A stretch of DNA of 64,000 nt from Microcoleus sp. Its GTDB lineage: Bacteria > Cyanobacteriota > Cyanobacteriia > Cyanobacteriales > Microcoleaceae. The stretch is from the NCBI GenBank assembly GCA_052279835.1, contig CP181291.1, forward strand, positions 2,144,001 to 2,208,000, in the 5' to 3' direction. Of the stretch, positions 22,725 through 33,346 are shown one piece after another; within the stretch, counting starts at the first letter, position 1; the number at the start of each line of letters is the position of its first letter. The notes beneath the pieces were generated by a model. It saw nothing but the letters and a program-made list of their open reading frames with translations, was not told the origin of the DNA and did no database searches. The position numbers were made by a program, and so were the translations under genes.

Positions 22725-23492
22725 ATGAGTGTTGTTTTAGATGCGCCCGTAGAACTATGGTCTACTAGCAACTCCGACGATAAACAGGCCGTAATTCGCG
22801 CCGTTTACAAGCAAGTTTTGGGTAATCCTCACGTCATGGAAAGCGAGCGCCTAACCGTCGCCGAATCCCAATTATGCGATGGCGGCATGACTGTACGGGA
22901 ATTTGTGCGTGCTGTAGCAAAATCCGACTTCTATCGTAGTCGGTATTTTGAATCTTGCGCTCCCTACCGCTTTGTCGAACTCAACTTTAAACATTTGTTA
23001 GGTCGCGCTCCCTTAGACCAAGCAGAACTATCTGAACACATCTGCATCTGTATCGAAAAAGGCTACGAGGCAGAAATAGATTCCTACCTCGACAGTCAAG
23101 AATACCAAGACAAATTTGGCGAGAATACAGTCCCCAATTATCAAGGCGCAAAAAGTCAAGTTGGACAAAAGCAAGTCGGCTACAATCGCACCCTCTCTCT
23201 ATATCAAGGTTATGCAGGGGTTGACAGTGCATTTACCGCTTCTCGCTTAGTAGATTTTGTCGCTGGTAATAGCGGTAACAAAATTACTCTACCAAGCACC
23301 GGCGGTCGGCTCAGTGCTTACAAAGATGCCACCGAAAAGATGTTCAAAATTTTAGTGAAAGGCGCTAAATTTGATAGCCCTCGCCGAGTGAGTAACACTG
23401 AATATCTCGTGTCCGGTGCAAAGATGACTCCGCAAATTCAGCGCATTCATCGTGCAGGTGGCAAAATTGTCAGCATCACCGAAGTAGTTTAA
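22725..23492 (+). CDS. cpeD: Phycoerythrin rod linker CpeD
   Basis: RAVYKQVLGNPHVMESERL, SCAPYRFVELNFKHLLGRAP. Confidence 0.82.
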   Translation: MSVVLDAPVELWSTSNSDDKQAVIRAVYKQVLGNPHVMESERLTVAESQLCDGGMTVREFVRAVAKSDFYRSRYFESCAPYRFVELNFKHLLGRAPLDQAELSEHICICIEKGYEAEIDSYLDSQEYQDKFGENTVPNYQGAKSQVGQKQVGYNRTLSLYQGYAGVDSAFTASRLVDFVAGNSGNKITLPSTGGRLSAYKDATEKMFKILVKGAKFDSPRRVSNTEYLVSGAKMTPQIQRIHRAGGKIVSITEVV

Positions 23493-23831
23493 GACTTCAC
23501 AACTTGATGAAGGGAGTATCCCCAAGTCAGTAAATTGACTGTTTGTAGCACAGGCAAGATGCCTGTGCTAGGGAAGTCGAAGACCAAGATTCTCCACAAA
23601 TTCTGGGAAGTCGTGGTTGTAACAGCTATCACATTTTACTGTCCCGGACGAACATAATCTTTTAGTTTCTCTGGAGCGAGTTAATTATTCGCTCTTTTTA
23701 TATGAAAAAAAAGCTACAAACTCGATCGATAGAAGAACGAATCAGGCTTTAGTTATCTAGGACAGAAGGGAAAATTCTCTACTTGGAGCGCGTCCAGGAC
23801 TGTTTCTCAAATCTCAAATCTTAAATCTCAA

Positions 23832-24140
23832 ATGGTATTACCACCCATAGCTGACAAAAAAATGCAGGCTTGGATCAGAAGTCGCCACTTGATTTTTTCC
23901 GGTCAGTTTCTGATTTTTGAAACCTTAGACTATCCAACAATTGAGCGATTTGAGGAATGTATCATTAGTCTAGGAGGGTGTTTAATTTCTGTGGAACCCA
24001 GCAAACGAGTTTGGATGGGAAATCATCGACAAGTTATCCTTTATCAAGCCAAAGGTAGTTTGCATACACCTCACCATGAACTGCGACAATATTGGTTTAA
24101 ATATGGCAGTTTTCAGACTAGATTTGATGAGAGGGTTTAG
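23832..24140 (+). CDS. cpeR: Phycoerythrin regulator CpeR
   Basis: LPP...KMQAWIRSRHLI, YWFKYGSF. Confidence 0.85.
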   Translation: MVLPPIADKKMQAWIRSRHLIFSGQFLIFETLDYPTIERFEECIISLGGCLISVEPSKRVWMGNHRQVILYQAKGSLHTPHHELRQYWFKYGSFQTRFDERV

Positions 24141-24396
24141 TAGAAGGAAGAAGGAAGAAGGTAGAAGGAAGAAGGAAGAAGGAAGAAGGAAGAAGGAAGA
24201 AGTCACCCCCCCCAGCCCCCCCCAAGGGGGGAAATTCACGAAGAAGGAAGAAGTCACCCCCCCAGCCCCCCCCAAGGGGGGAAATTCAGGAAGAAGGAAG
24301 AAGTTACCCCCCCCAAGGGGGTAAGGAATAAGGAATAAGGAATAAATAATAAGGAATAAAGAATAAGGAATAAGGAATAAAGAATAAGGAATAAGA
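24141..24396. repeat. AAGAAGG and AATAAGG heptamer arrays with C/G-run elements
   Basis: Seen directly. Confidence 0.8.
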
Positions 24397-24434
24397 AACA
24401 ATATTTCTGTTACAGTAAAGGAAACTACTGCTCT

Positions 24435-25106
24435 GTGGTTATGGATATTCACCAAATCGAAGCGTCTCTAGAAAATTCTGACTTTCAGTATCGACTCAAG
24501 GCGATCGCAGCTCTTAAAAACTATACACCAGAAATAGCCGTTCCCTTACTAAAATCGAAGCTCAACGACCCAGAATTTTTAGTACGTTCCTTTGTCAGCC
24601 GGGGATTTGGGCAACAACAAAGCGCCGAGTCCTTCGCCGCACTCCTCCAAATCATCAAACTTGACAACACCCCCAATGTCAGGGCCGAAGCCGCGAATTC
24701 GCTATCTCTATTCGGGAGATGCGCTGCGTCTCATTTACTGCTGACTTTTATTCAGGATGACCACTGGCTGGTGCGTCGCAGCATTATAGCAGCCCTGGTA
24801 GACATGGAGTGCTACAACGAACTTTTTGAAGTTTGTCTCGAAGCATTAGCTGGCGAAGATATGACCACCCAGGAAGCTGCTGTGGATGCACTCGGTGCCT
24901 TAGCTGGAACAAATCAGGAACCGGCCGCACTTTCTCAATTATTGACGCTGGCTAATTCTGAGTATGAAGGAATTCGTCAGCACACTGCATCTGCTTTGAA
25001 GCATTTTGATACTCCCCAGGCGAAGGAAGTTTTGAGTCAACTTCGGCAAGACTCCCATCATCAAGTAGTTGGCGCTGCTTTAGAAAACTTGCTTGAGAAC
25101 AGTTAA
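24435..25106 (+). CDS. HEAT-repeat protein, NblB-like
   Basis: HEAT repeats (DPEFLVRSF, NVRAEAANSL, DDHWLVRRS). Confidence 0.75.
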   Translation: MVMDIHQIEASLENSDFQYRLKAIAALKNYTPEIAVPLLKSKLNDPEFLVRSFVSRGFGQQQSAESFAALLQIIKLDNTPNVRAEAANSLSLFGRCAASHLLLTFIQDDHWLVRRSIIAALVDMECYNELFEVCLEALAGEDMTTQEAAVDALGALAGTNQEPAALSQLLTLANSEYEGIRQHTASALKHFDTPQAKEVLSQLRQDSHHQVVGAALENLLENS

Positions 25107-25175
25107 GAAGAAGGAAGAAGGAAGAAGGAAGAAGGAAGAAGGAAGAAGGAAGAAGGAAGAAGGAAGAAGGAAGAA
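25105..25175. repeat. (AAGAAGG)n heptamer tandem repeat
   Basis: About 10 copies seen directly. Confidence 0.85.
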
Positions 25176-25351
25176 TTTCTTGAATCTCTACTAGACTTCT
25201 CCAATAATTACTGTGGAACAGACATCTTGCCTGTTGCAGACTCGCTTTTTTAGATATGTCTACTAAGTCAGAAACCGGGTTTTTTGTGAAAATCTAACTT
25301 GGAGTGCGAAAATATGGGTGAAAAACCCGGTTTCTTGAATCCCAGGGGTAC

Positions 25352-25930
25352 TCAAGCTTGACTAAACTTTTTTAACGCAGTGATTAAAGAGTCAAAATTC
25401 ACAGCTAATAAATCCTGTTCTTGAGAACTAAATTGCTGTAAACTGACTGTTTTTAACTGTTTTAATCCACAGAGCATCGCTGGCACTGGGACCCGCAATT
25501 CTTGATAAAGTAGCTCCATATTTTTGAGTCCTTCCTGACTGAGGAATTCAGGATTTTTCCCAGCAACTCCATAGGTGACGGAGCGCAGGAAATGCCAGAA
25601 ATCTCGCCAACAGGCTTCAGCACGAGCCGGAGGATAGAGGTCATTTCCTGGTTCGGCGATATTCGGAAATTCTGCTAATACCTTTGCTCTGGCTTTGGCA
25701 ACCAAATCAGGAGCTTGCTCTCGCAGCAATTTAGCTTGTGCTACCATTAAAGAATTATCTGAAACCAGATTTTGAATGCGTTCTAAATCTTCGTCGGTGA
25801 GATATTGACCTCGATTGTCTGCTGCTTGAAAAATGGCGATTACTTCATCGGAATAGAGATTGTTCCAAGTGGCAAAACTGACGATTCGGGCTTTGGGAAT
25901 TAATTCTTTGGCTCTTTCACTTAACTGCAT
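25352..25930 (-). CDS. Allophycocyanin-like phycobiliprotein (AplA-like)
   Basis: ADNRGQYL and ACWRDFWHFLRSVTYG phycobiliprotein signature with N-terminal extension. Confidence 0.75.
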   Translation of the reverse strand: MQLSERAKELIPKARIVSFATWNNLYSDEVIAIFQAADNRGQYLTDEDLERIQNLVSDNSLMVAQAKLLREQAPDLVAKARAKVLAEFPNIAEPGNDLYPPARAEACWRDFWHFLRSVTYGVAGKNPEFLSQEGLKNMELLYQELRVPVPAMLCGLKQLKTVSLQQFSSQEQDLLAVNFDSLITALKKFSQA

Positions 25931-25996
25931 AGTTATTAAAATTACATTCAGGTAGTTGGAGACAATCCAAGTTATAGACTAGAATTATGAAAATAT

Positions 25997-26012
25997 TTGT
26001 TAAGTTTTGTTA
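25997..26012 (+). promoter_or_regulatory. TTGTTA-N4-TTGTTA direct repeat (N-box/HLR1-like) between divergent aplA-like and pebA
   Basis: ttgtta agtt ttgtta seen directly; same type of repeat as described for phycoerythrin promoters. Confidence 0.55.
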
Positions 26013-26257
26013 AGAATATGAGATTCATACCGGGGAATGTGGTAAAAAGCCTTAATTAGACTTATCCCCAACTGTAAAGGGCAGGCTCCATGCCTAGTCC
26101 ACAGGAATTAGGGGGAAATATCTATTACGAAAGTTCGATCGAAAGTTTGGTTTCATAACGAAATATTACTTTGTTAGCCAAAACAGAGACGAGACTTCTG
26201 GCGATCGCCTATCATCCTGTATTTAGGGAAAACCTATAAGGGGCTAAATTATCATAT

Positions 26258-26992
26258 ATGTTTAAGCCATTTCAGCAATTTTTAGAAAAAGAACTGTCTG
26301 AGAATTTTGCACTAGAGAGTCGTCCCATTCCCTCTGGTTTGGAATCAGTGGTGAGCGAAAGAGGCAAAAATCCAGCCACGATTCAAAGTTGGTGCTATCA
26401 ATGCCCTCAATTGCGAAAAATTCGTTACACCTACATCGATGCTGGGGAAACGGCGCAAATTTTCAACAGCGTTATTTATCCTAACTATAATTACGATGTA
26501 CCCTTGCTGGGGATAGATTTTTTAGCGTTTGGGAAAAAGAAAATCTTGGTAGTAATCGATTTTCAGCCCTTATTCCGCGATCGCCCCTACATAGACAAGT
26601 ATATCGAACCATTGACCGAAATTCGCAGTAAATACAGCGCCTTGGTACAAGACTTAGAAATGAAGTTTTATGATGCCAACCAGTATTTTTCCAAAAATTT
26701 GCTCTTTGCAAAAACCGATGCCGAAACAGTGGTAAACCAATTGTTTCCCGCCTATCAAGAATACGTCCAGTTGTATTGTCAAATGCTACAGCAAGCTTCT
26801 GTGCTGAAGACTCCCGAAGAAGTTCAGCGGATTGTGAAAGCACAGAAAGATTACGACCAGTATAGTGCAGAAAGAGACCCCGCATCAGGACTATTCAGCA
26901 GCTATTTTGGTCATGAATGGTCAGAGAAATTTTTGTACGAGTTTTTGTTTGAAGATGCTGTTCCCTTAGCGATTCCCGCCGGGGCTAAATAA
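26258..26992 (+). CDS. pebA: 15,16-dihydrobiliverdin:ferredoxin oxidoreductase
   Basis: [32 protein letters not shown]. Confidence 0.93.
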   Translation: MFKPFQQFLEKELSENFALESRPIPSGLESVVSERGKNPATIQSWCYQCPQLRKIRYTYIDAGETAQIFNSVIYPNYNYDVPLLGIDFLAFGKKKILVVIDFQPLFRDRPYIDKYIEPLTEIRSKYSALVQDLEMKFYDANQYFSKNLLFAKTDAETVVNQLFPAYQEYVQLYCQMLQQASVLKTPEEVQRIVKAQKDYDQYSAERDPASGLFSSYFGHEWSEKFLYEFLFEDAVPLAIPAGAK

Positions 26993-26999
26993 ATTAAAA

Positions 27000-27738
27000 A
27001 TGACTCTATATCAGCCTTTTTTAGATTACGCAATCCCACTGATAACGGAACGACTAGACCTAGCTCCTTATCCGATTCCGGCCGGTTTTGAACACAAAGA
27101 ATGTATCACTGGGAAAGGAAAAAAAGAGCAGTTGGTGGTAACAACCAGCCATGCTTTCAAATCCTCAAAACTGCGCCAGATTCGGGCCGCTCACGTTCAG
27201 GGTGGTGATGCTCTTCAGGTACTGAATTTTGTAATTTTCCCCCAAATAAATTATGATTTGCCTTTTTTTGGGGCGGATTTAGTAACTTTGCCGGGGGGAC
27301 ATTTGATTGCTTTAGATATGCAGCCGCTTTTCCACGATGCGGCTTATCAACAGCAATACTCCGATCCAATTTTACCGATTTTTAACAAGTATCAAACAGA
27401 CTTACCTTGGGGTGGAGATTTTCCGGAAGAAGCAAAACAGTTCTTTTCTCCGGCTTTTCTGTGGACTCGTCCCAAGGAAACGGAGGCTGTGCAAACTACG
27501 GTGTTTGCAGCTTTTCAGGATTATCTACAAGCTTATCTCGATTTGGTCGATCGGGCCCAACCAGTCACAGATAGTCAGAGATTGGCAGAGATTCTTCAGG
27601 CTCAACGGAATTATATCAATTATCGTGCTGCTAAAGATCCTGCTAGGGGAATGTTTTTGCGGTTTCTATGGTGAGGAGTGGACTGAAGAGTACATACACG
27701 GTTTTCTGTTCGATTTGGAGCGCCATCTGGAACATTGA
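27000..27738 (+). CDS. pebB: Phycoerythrobilin:ferredoxin oxidoreductase (apparent +1 frameshift in TTT at 27663-27665)
   Basis: [32 protein letters not shown]; the conserved tail [18 protein letters not shown] is in the next frame. Confidence 0.92.
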
Positions 27739-27876
27739 TAGTTGGCTGGGGGCGGGTTTATATGATTACTAATAGAGTAATAAACCGCGAAGGCGCGAAG
27801 GACGCGAAGGAAGAGAAAGAAGAAAATGCATTTCTTCCTTCGCGCTCTTTGCGCCTTCGCGGTTTAATCATTCCGA

Positions 27877-28749
27877 CTAACAAGCCAGACTTTGAGCCGT
27901 ATTATTACGAGTGAAAGAGTTCCAAGTACCTAACTCTTTTGAACTACGACTGCGAAGCATTGCTCTCGCTTCTTCTGTCAATCCTTGTACTAAACTAAAA
28001 TCGGCACCAGCAATACTTTTTAATTGTTCTAAATTCGCGCCTGTCAAATCAGCCGCCCGTAAATCTGCTCCCTGTAACTCAGCGCCAATTAATATCGCAT
28101 TCCGCAAATAAGCACCAGTGAGCAAAGCATTTTGAAGATTTGCACCACTTAAAGCTGCTCCCTCTAAATTTGCGCCGGTTAAATCGGCTCCACTGAGATA
28201 AGCACCTCGCAGATTACAGTAACTCAAATCAGCTCCTCTGAGGTTGGCTGTATTCAAGAAAGCCCCACTGAGACTAGCTTTTGGTCCAATTGCTTCTGAT
28301 TTTTGGTAGTTGAATCCTTCTGGCCAAAGGGTCTTGCTATCATATAAAGCTAATTTGAATTTAGCTAATTCTAGGTTGGCATTGAGTAGATTACAACCTT
28401 GTAAATCTGCCCGAAAAAAATAACTTTCTTGTAAATTTGCGCCACTCAAATTGGCATCTCTGAGACTAGCCCGCCGTAAATCAACTCCCTGGAGATTTGC
28501 ACCTTGGAAATTGGTTTTGCTGAGGTTGGCGCCGATTAAGTTTGTCCCGCTTAAGTCAATCCCGGATAAATCCATCTGGCTGAGGTTGATTCCCTGGAGG
28601 TTGGTTTGAGCTAAGCTTTTACCTTGCTCAACATTTTGTAAGACTTCTGTGAGAGTCAGCGGTTCTGAGAGGAAAAAAGAGTGTTGATGAAGTGCCATTA
28701 TATTTTTTGAAGATTTATTGATCGAATTGCTCAAAGTGTCCGGTGTCAT
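27877..28749 (-). CDS. Pentapeptide repeat protein
   Basis: A(N/D)LxG repeats. Confidence 0.9.
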   Translation of the reverse strand: MTPDTLSNSINKSSKNIMALHQHSFFLSEPLTLTEVLQNVEQGKSLAQTNLQGINLSQMDLSGIDLSGTNLIGANLSKTNFQGANLQGVDLRRASLRDANLSGANLQESYFFRADLQGCNLLNANLELAKFKLALYDSKTLWPEGFNYQKSEAIGPKASLSGAFLNTANLRGADLSYCNLRGAYLSGADLTGANLEGAALSGANLQNALLTGAYLRNAILIGAELQGADLRAADLTGANLEQLKSIAGADFSLVQGLTEEARAMLRSRSSKELGTWNSFTRNNTAQSLAC

Positions 28750-28879
28750 TTATCCTAGGATTTGATTGTTGTGCGATCGCCTGAGTGTTAATTTTCTTAA
28801 CCAAAATCCGATCCGTTTCTCCTCCCATCCCTTTTCGCAAGGGGATGTGCTCGATTTCTCTCCCTAAGTTGACACAGAA

Positions 28880-29482
28880 ATGCTGCTAACACCACCGATG
28901 ACTATGATGGATTTCTTTCGCAAAAGTGAGGGCGTTTGGTTCACTCAGCGAACAGTCCATAATTTTGATACTGCTGCTGCTGATGAGTCGGGAGAATCTA
29001 ATGTCATCATTGATGTCTTGTCCATAGATGATCCCAGAGTCTTAGAAGTTTGTCAACAGCAGAATGTAGATCCCGCTTTAGTGAGTGGGGGATGCAGTTT
29101 TATGTGGCAGGATAATTTGGATGATGCTAGCCCCAACCAAAATTATGCTGCAATTCTGATCGATGTACCCAATCCCAATAACCCAAAGATGGGCAAGTTT
29201 CTGCGAAATCGCGGCTACGTTGAAGGCATTCCGGTAATTGGTATTTACAATTTTGCTGAGGATGGGGTGTTGACTATTGAGACGGAATATGAGACAAATC
29301 AAGGACAGGAACGCTGTTGGTTTATTAACGATCATTTTCGGGTACGGGTGATGACCGTTCAAATGAGCAATGGGGTTAAACAAATGGCATACTGTTCTGA
29401 GCGTCGTTGTATTTCTCAGTCGGTTTTAGAAGAGATGTTGGAACGCAATCGCTTGAGGGTTTCTGGGGCGGCTGCGGTGTGA
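28880..29482 (+). CDS. cpeU: CpcS-family lyase subunit CpeU
   Basis: DFFRKSEGVWFTQRTVH, QERCWF, YCSERR. Confidence 0.78.
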   Translation: MLLTPPMTMMDFFRKSEGVWFTQRTVHNFDTAAADESGESNVIIDVLSIDDPRVLEVCQQQNVDPALVSGGCSFMWQDNLDDASPNQNYAAILIDVPNPNNPKMGKFLRNRGYVEGIPVIGIYNFAEDGVLTIETEYETNQGQERCWFINDHFRVRVMTVQMSNGVKQMAYCSERRCISQSVLEEMLERNRLRVSGAAAV

Positions 29483-29636
29483 TGTTAAAGCGATTTAGGG
29501 TTTGGTGCGGGCGGGTTTATGAGATGATTGGTCTTGGGCAATTATTGTTGGTAAAACCCGCTCCTACGGGAATTTAATTTGTTTGATTAGACGCGATGGT
29601 AGATTTTTTTTCACCTGTTATCAAAATATCAAAACT

Positions 29637-29903
29637 ATGTCTGAAAACGAAGAATTAACACCATCTGATATTGATGAATCTGCCGAGGATTCAACACAGA
29701 TAAATGCTGAAGAATTGGTGGAAGTGATTGCGGAATTTGAGCGGTATCGAGAACGTTTGGTGAGTGAGACGATCGCTGCGGCAAAAAAGGCAAAGCTACC
29801 CCAGAAACCAGCTCTGGCTAAAATTGAGCCGGAATTGGCTAAAATTGATGCTGGACTTGAGAGTCTCCGCGCTCAATTGGCTGGTATAACTACTAATAAT
29901 TAG
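29637..29903 (+). CDS. Small coiled-coil hypothetical protein of the phycoerythrin cluster
   Basis: ORF between cpeU and cpeF; EL.EVIAEFERYRERLV; ATG at 29637. Confidence 0.65.
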   Translation: MSENEELTPSDIDESAEDSTQINAEELVEVIAEFERYRERLVSETIAAAKKAKLPQKPALAKIEPELAKIDAGLESLRAQLAGITTNN

Positions 29904-30794
29904 GTGACAATGATGGTGAATGCTGGTGTTCAATCTCAGGACGATCCAATTTTATTGGCTCATGCAGAAACAGATGCTTTTCTGCGGGAAGTTACTGAAA
30001 AAATAGATTTAGATACTTTCGATCCTGATGATGCGGAAAGTTTGCAGCGGTTGGTTGAATGTTTGGGAGATACGCGGGGGATGACTAGATTGCGTTTCGC
30101 GGAAACTTTGGCGGAAATTGGTGAAGCATCGACTCCTTTTTTGTTGGATGGTTTGGCAAATCATGCTAATCCGGTGGTGCGACGCGCGGCGGCTAAAACT
30201 TTGACTTTGATTGCTGATCCAACTGCGGTTCCTCATTTAATTCATGCTTTGTTGAATGATGAGGATACGGTGGTTAAGGGTTCATCCATTGGGGCGTTGG
30301 CGAGGATTGGGGAACCTTCTGTGCAGGCTTTGTTGGATATTTTAGCATCGAAGGATTTGCCGGAAAGTACGATCGGCCATGCGGCTTGGGCGTTGGCGTT
30401 TATTGGGGCGGAGGCGAAGGAGTATTTGTATCAAGCAATAGCTTCTGATTCGCCTGTAGTGCGCAGTGCGGTGGTAGGTGCGATCGCCAAAGTTGCACAG
30501 GAAGAGCCCAAAGCAGACTTATTTGAGATTTTGGTGAAGTCTCTAACGGATGTTGATGTGGATGTGCGTTGTGAGGCGGCGGCTGCTTTGGGAAATCTGG
30601 CTTATAAGCCCGCAATCCCCAACCTGCTTGAGTTGCTGCATCATGGCGATGGAGAAAGTCGCAGGGCGGCGGCTTTGTCTTTGATGAAAGTAGGCGATCG
30701 AAGTGCGATCGAACCACTACAATCTGCATTAGCGAAGGAATCGGAAGTGGCGATTCAAGGCGTAATTAAGTTGGCAATTTCTCAAATTAAGTAA
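29904..30794 (+). CDS. cpeF: HEAT-repeat E/F-type bilin lyase, CpeF/MpeU-like
   Basis: GDTRGMTRLRFAETL, NPVVRRAAAKTLTLI, GHAAWALAFIG. Confidence 0.72.
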   Translation: MTMMVNAGVQSQDDPILLAHAETDAFLREVTEKIDLDTFDPDDAESLQRLVECLGDTRGMTRLRFAETLAEIGEASTPFLLDGLANHANPVVRRAAAKTLTLIADPTAVPHLIHALLNDEDTVVKGSSIGALARIGEPSVQALLDILASKDLPESTIGHAAWALAFIGAEAKEYLYQAIASDSPVVRSAVVGAIAKVAQEEPKADLFEILVKSLTDVDVDVRCEAAAALGNLAYKPAIPNLLELLHHGDGESRRAAALSLMKVGDRSAIEPLQSALAKESEVAIQGVIKLAISQIK

Positions 30795-30802
30795 TTAAAA
30801 AC

Positions 30803-31279
30803 ATGACTAAATCGGGAACCGGGCGGATGCTGCTTTCTCATAATTTCGATCTGCCAGAGGGTGTTTTTCCGGCCTTAAGTCGGGAAGATTTGACTCTGGT
30901 ATTTGTTGAAGGTTTAAGTCAATATCCTGAGATTAACTGTCGTCAATTAAATCATGCTCATTGGATGGTAGAAGTTTTATTTTCTACTAATGATTTTGCT
31001 CCGCCTCAAGTTGGGGAATTTTGCGCTGAAGCTTTGGTGAATAAGCGAAAGAGTCAAGGGAAAGCCGATGATTCTTTTCCTGATGTTTTGATTTTAGCGG
31101 GATTGAAGAAGACTCCGCCATTGAGTAGCGATGCTGAGGCGCTGCAAACGGGAGAATGGGGGGTTGATGTGGTGGAAACTGCCTCGGCTGAGAGTTTCTT
31201 GATGGCGATGGGCTGGGAGGAGAAAACATCTGGGAAAAGTATTGAGGATGTTTTTAAGGTTGAAAGGAGAAAGGGGTAA
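30803..31279 (+). CDS. Conserved phycoerythrin-cluster protein (DUF2656-like)
   Basis: GRMLLSHNF, HWMVE, LQTGEWGVDVVET. Confidence 0.65.
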   Translation: MTKSGTGRMLLSHNFDLPEGVFPALSREDLTLVFVEGLSQYPEINCRQLNHAHWMVEVLFSTNDFAPPQVGEFCAEALVNKRKSQGKADDSFPDVLILAGLKKTPPLSSDAEALQTGEWGVDVVETASAESFLMAMGWEEKTSGKSIEDVFKVERRKG

Positions 31280-31351
31280 AAGCTTAAAGGTTGTTTGAAA
31301 AGTAAAAACGAAGTCTCGAAGCGCTTATTTTGACGTTCACCAAACTATTAT

Positions 31352-31918
31352 CTATTTCTTTCCAATTAAAAGATTGAATTGAAGGTGATGCGGAGAACTG
31401 ATTTTTAGCATTTTTTCTGGACAATCATGCTCATCACTTATTCTCTCCCGTGTTGGTTTCTTATGAATATTAATATTTCTGATAGTGACGAATCGATAGA
31501 CATAAGCATCAAGGAATTCCTTTGCAGACCAAAATTCTTTGCCAATTTTCTGACAATACGCGACAAAACACTGTGCACCTTTAAGTTGCTGAATAATTTT
31601 CTGTTCTGGGCTTGTTGTACTTTTTGCCTTCATCTCAATACAGAGGATAACTTTTTTCTTACGAGTATCAGCAACGATCGCAAAATCTGCACGTTTGCAT
31701 TCACCTTTTGAACCACAAAATATTGCTTTAGGTGATGTAAAAGCATCTGCCTTGATGACAATAACTCTATCGTCATTGGGCATTCCATGAATTGTGACAG
31801 AACAATTGGGGAGATCGGGTTCTCGGAGTGTCACCTTCTTTTTACCGTAGCTATCTTCCAATGGAACTGTAGCACTTTCTTGAATCATCTCTTTGAGGAT
31901 AGCAATATCAGACATCAA
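31352..31918 (-). CDS. Putative PD-(D/E)XK nuclease-like protein
   Basis: KRADFAIV...LCIEMK...QL; overlaps the ATPase stop by 4 nt. Confidence 0.6.
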   Translation of the reverse strand: MMSDIAILKEMIQESATVPLEDSYGKKKVTLREPDLPNCSVTIHGMPNDDRVIVIKADAFTSPKAIFCGSKGECKRADFAIVADTRKKKVILCIEMKAKSTTSPEQKIIQQLKGAQCFVAYCQKIGKEFWSAKEFLDAYVYRFVTIRNINIHKKPTRERISDEHDCPEKMLKISSPHHLQFNLLIGKK

Positions 31919-33285
31919 TCCTCACCCCAGACAATCGCTTCCTGAATCCGGTTCATCGTTTCAATGGTTGTATCAAAACTGCGGGCTTCAATACCCATCT
32001 CTGGATCGATATCCGCTGGTGTAAGAGTTTGACATTTAGTTGTTTTTTTTTTACCTACTTCTTCTGCAATATAAACTTTGATTTTTTCACAGGATAGAAA
32101 TTCTACTTCCCGATAACCTTCTTTTTTAGCAATTAGCTTCAAATGAGGTTTATCATGGTTCAGCATAATCAAGGTATTCAGTTCTTTAATAATGTAATCG
32201 CTATGGGTAGTAATAAAAACCTTAATACCCAGATTTACCAACCGGGCAAATAGCCGTGCGACGCGACGCTGATTTTCAGGATGTAAATTCAATTCTGGTT
32301 CATCTACTATCAGTAAATCACCAATTTTAGCCTCATGTTTGAGGTAAAAACCGATGTCTAATAAAGAACGCACGGCACTAGAACTTTCATCCATAGAAAG
32401 CTTAAGCCGCTTACCTTTCGGCTCATAATAAAGTTCATCATTACGAGTAACGGTGTATTTACCACCGATGATGTCAGCGAAATCAACGAGTATATCGGGA
32501 TGGTTTTCAGCAATGAAACTGCTTTTTTTGACAATGGTTTCCAGTTCCCTCGTAAAGTCAACGTTTGTCTTGATCGGCAGGGCGTAGTCCTGATAAGCCT
32601 TAAATAAAAGCTCCATAGGATTGATATTATTGTTGCCTTGACCGATTTCGTCAAGCAAGCGATTGCGGGCAAAATTTAATTCTTTGCGAAAAATGGCGGC
32701 ACCTGTTCGCTCTGCACTAGCGATGAAAGGGCGAGGAATAATTGTAGCAAAAATGAGATCTTTTAGTGCATCGGCAATAGTGTGCTTAAGTATTTCGTTG
32801 GGAATTTTTACCTTTTCTTTCTCAACTAGGAGGGTGACAACTAATTCTGTACTCTCTTGACTTTTGGTCATTGAGAAGAATTCAACATTTGTAGATCCCA
32901 GTGTTGACTGAAACTTGCTTGCCAAGCTAATATTTTTGATGTCTAGGGTTACATGAAACTCTGTGTCTTTAAATCGTTTAGCCGGCGCTGCAAAAATCTG
33001 AGGTAATTGCTTTGTATAGGCCTGACAAGCTTTAGCAACTATTGGTTCAACCTGTTTGATATATTCTTGTATATCTAGATGAATTACCCCGTCAGTAAGG
33101 AGTTGTAGGATTTGATTGTCGTTGATTTCGATCGCCAACATCCGCCGCCAAGTAAACAAAAAGCCAAACAGTGCATAGGTAGCATAGGTTTTCCCGGTAT
33201 TGTTGCCACCACAAATAATTGTCAACTCACCCAGAGTGAACTCCGCTTGCTTGAGAGCACCAAGATTTTTGACTTTAATTTTCAT
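31915..33285 (-). CDS. ABC-type (AAA_15/AAA_21-like) ATPase
   Basis: Walker A GGNNTGKT, Walker B LLIVDEPELNLHP, TTHS. Confidence 0.88.
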   Translation of the reverse strand: MKIKVKNLGALKQAEFTLGELTIICGGNNTGKTYATYALFGFLFTWRRMLAIEINDNQILQLLTDGVIHLDIQEYIKQVEPIVAKACQAYTKQLPQIFAAPAKRFKDTEFHVTLDIKNISLASKFQSTLGSTNVEFFSMTKSQESTELVVTLLVEKEKVKIPNEILKHTIADALKDLIFATIIPRPFIASAERTGAAIFRKELNFARNRLLDEIGQGNNNINPMELLFKAYQDYALPIKTNVDFTRELETIVKKSSFIAENHPDILVDFADIIGGKYTVTRNDELYYEPKGKRLKLSMDESSSAVRSLLDIGFYLKHEAKIGDLLIVDEPELNLHPENQRRVARLFARLVNLGIKVFITTHSDYIIKELNTLIMLNHDKPHLKLIAKKEGYREVEFLSCEKIKVYIAEEVGKKKTTKCQTLTPADIDPEMGIEARSFDTTIETMNRIQEAIVWGED

Positions 33286-33346
33286 TGGTGTCTTCCTTAG
33301 ATTTGCAATGTACCTCAGTTTAGTCTTTATGCAGCCATAAATCTAA

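Noticed and set aside
23982..24455. ORFs 23982-24455 (-) and 24076-24324 (+)
   Set aside because: Translations of heptamer repeats (FLLPSS, LFLIPYS).
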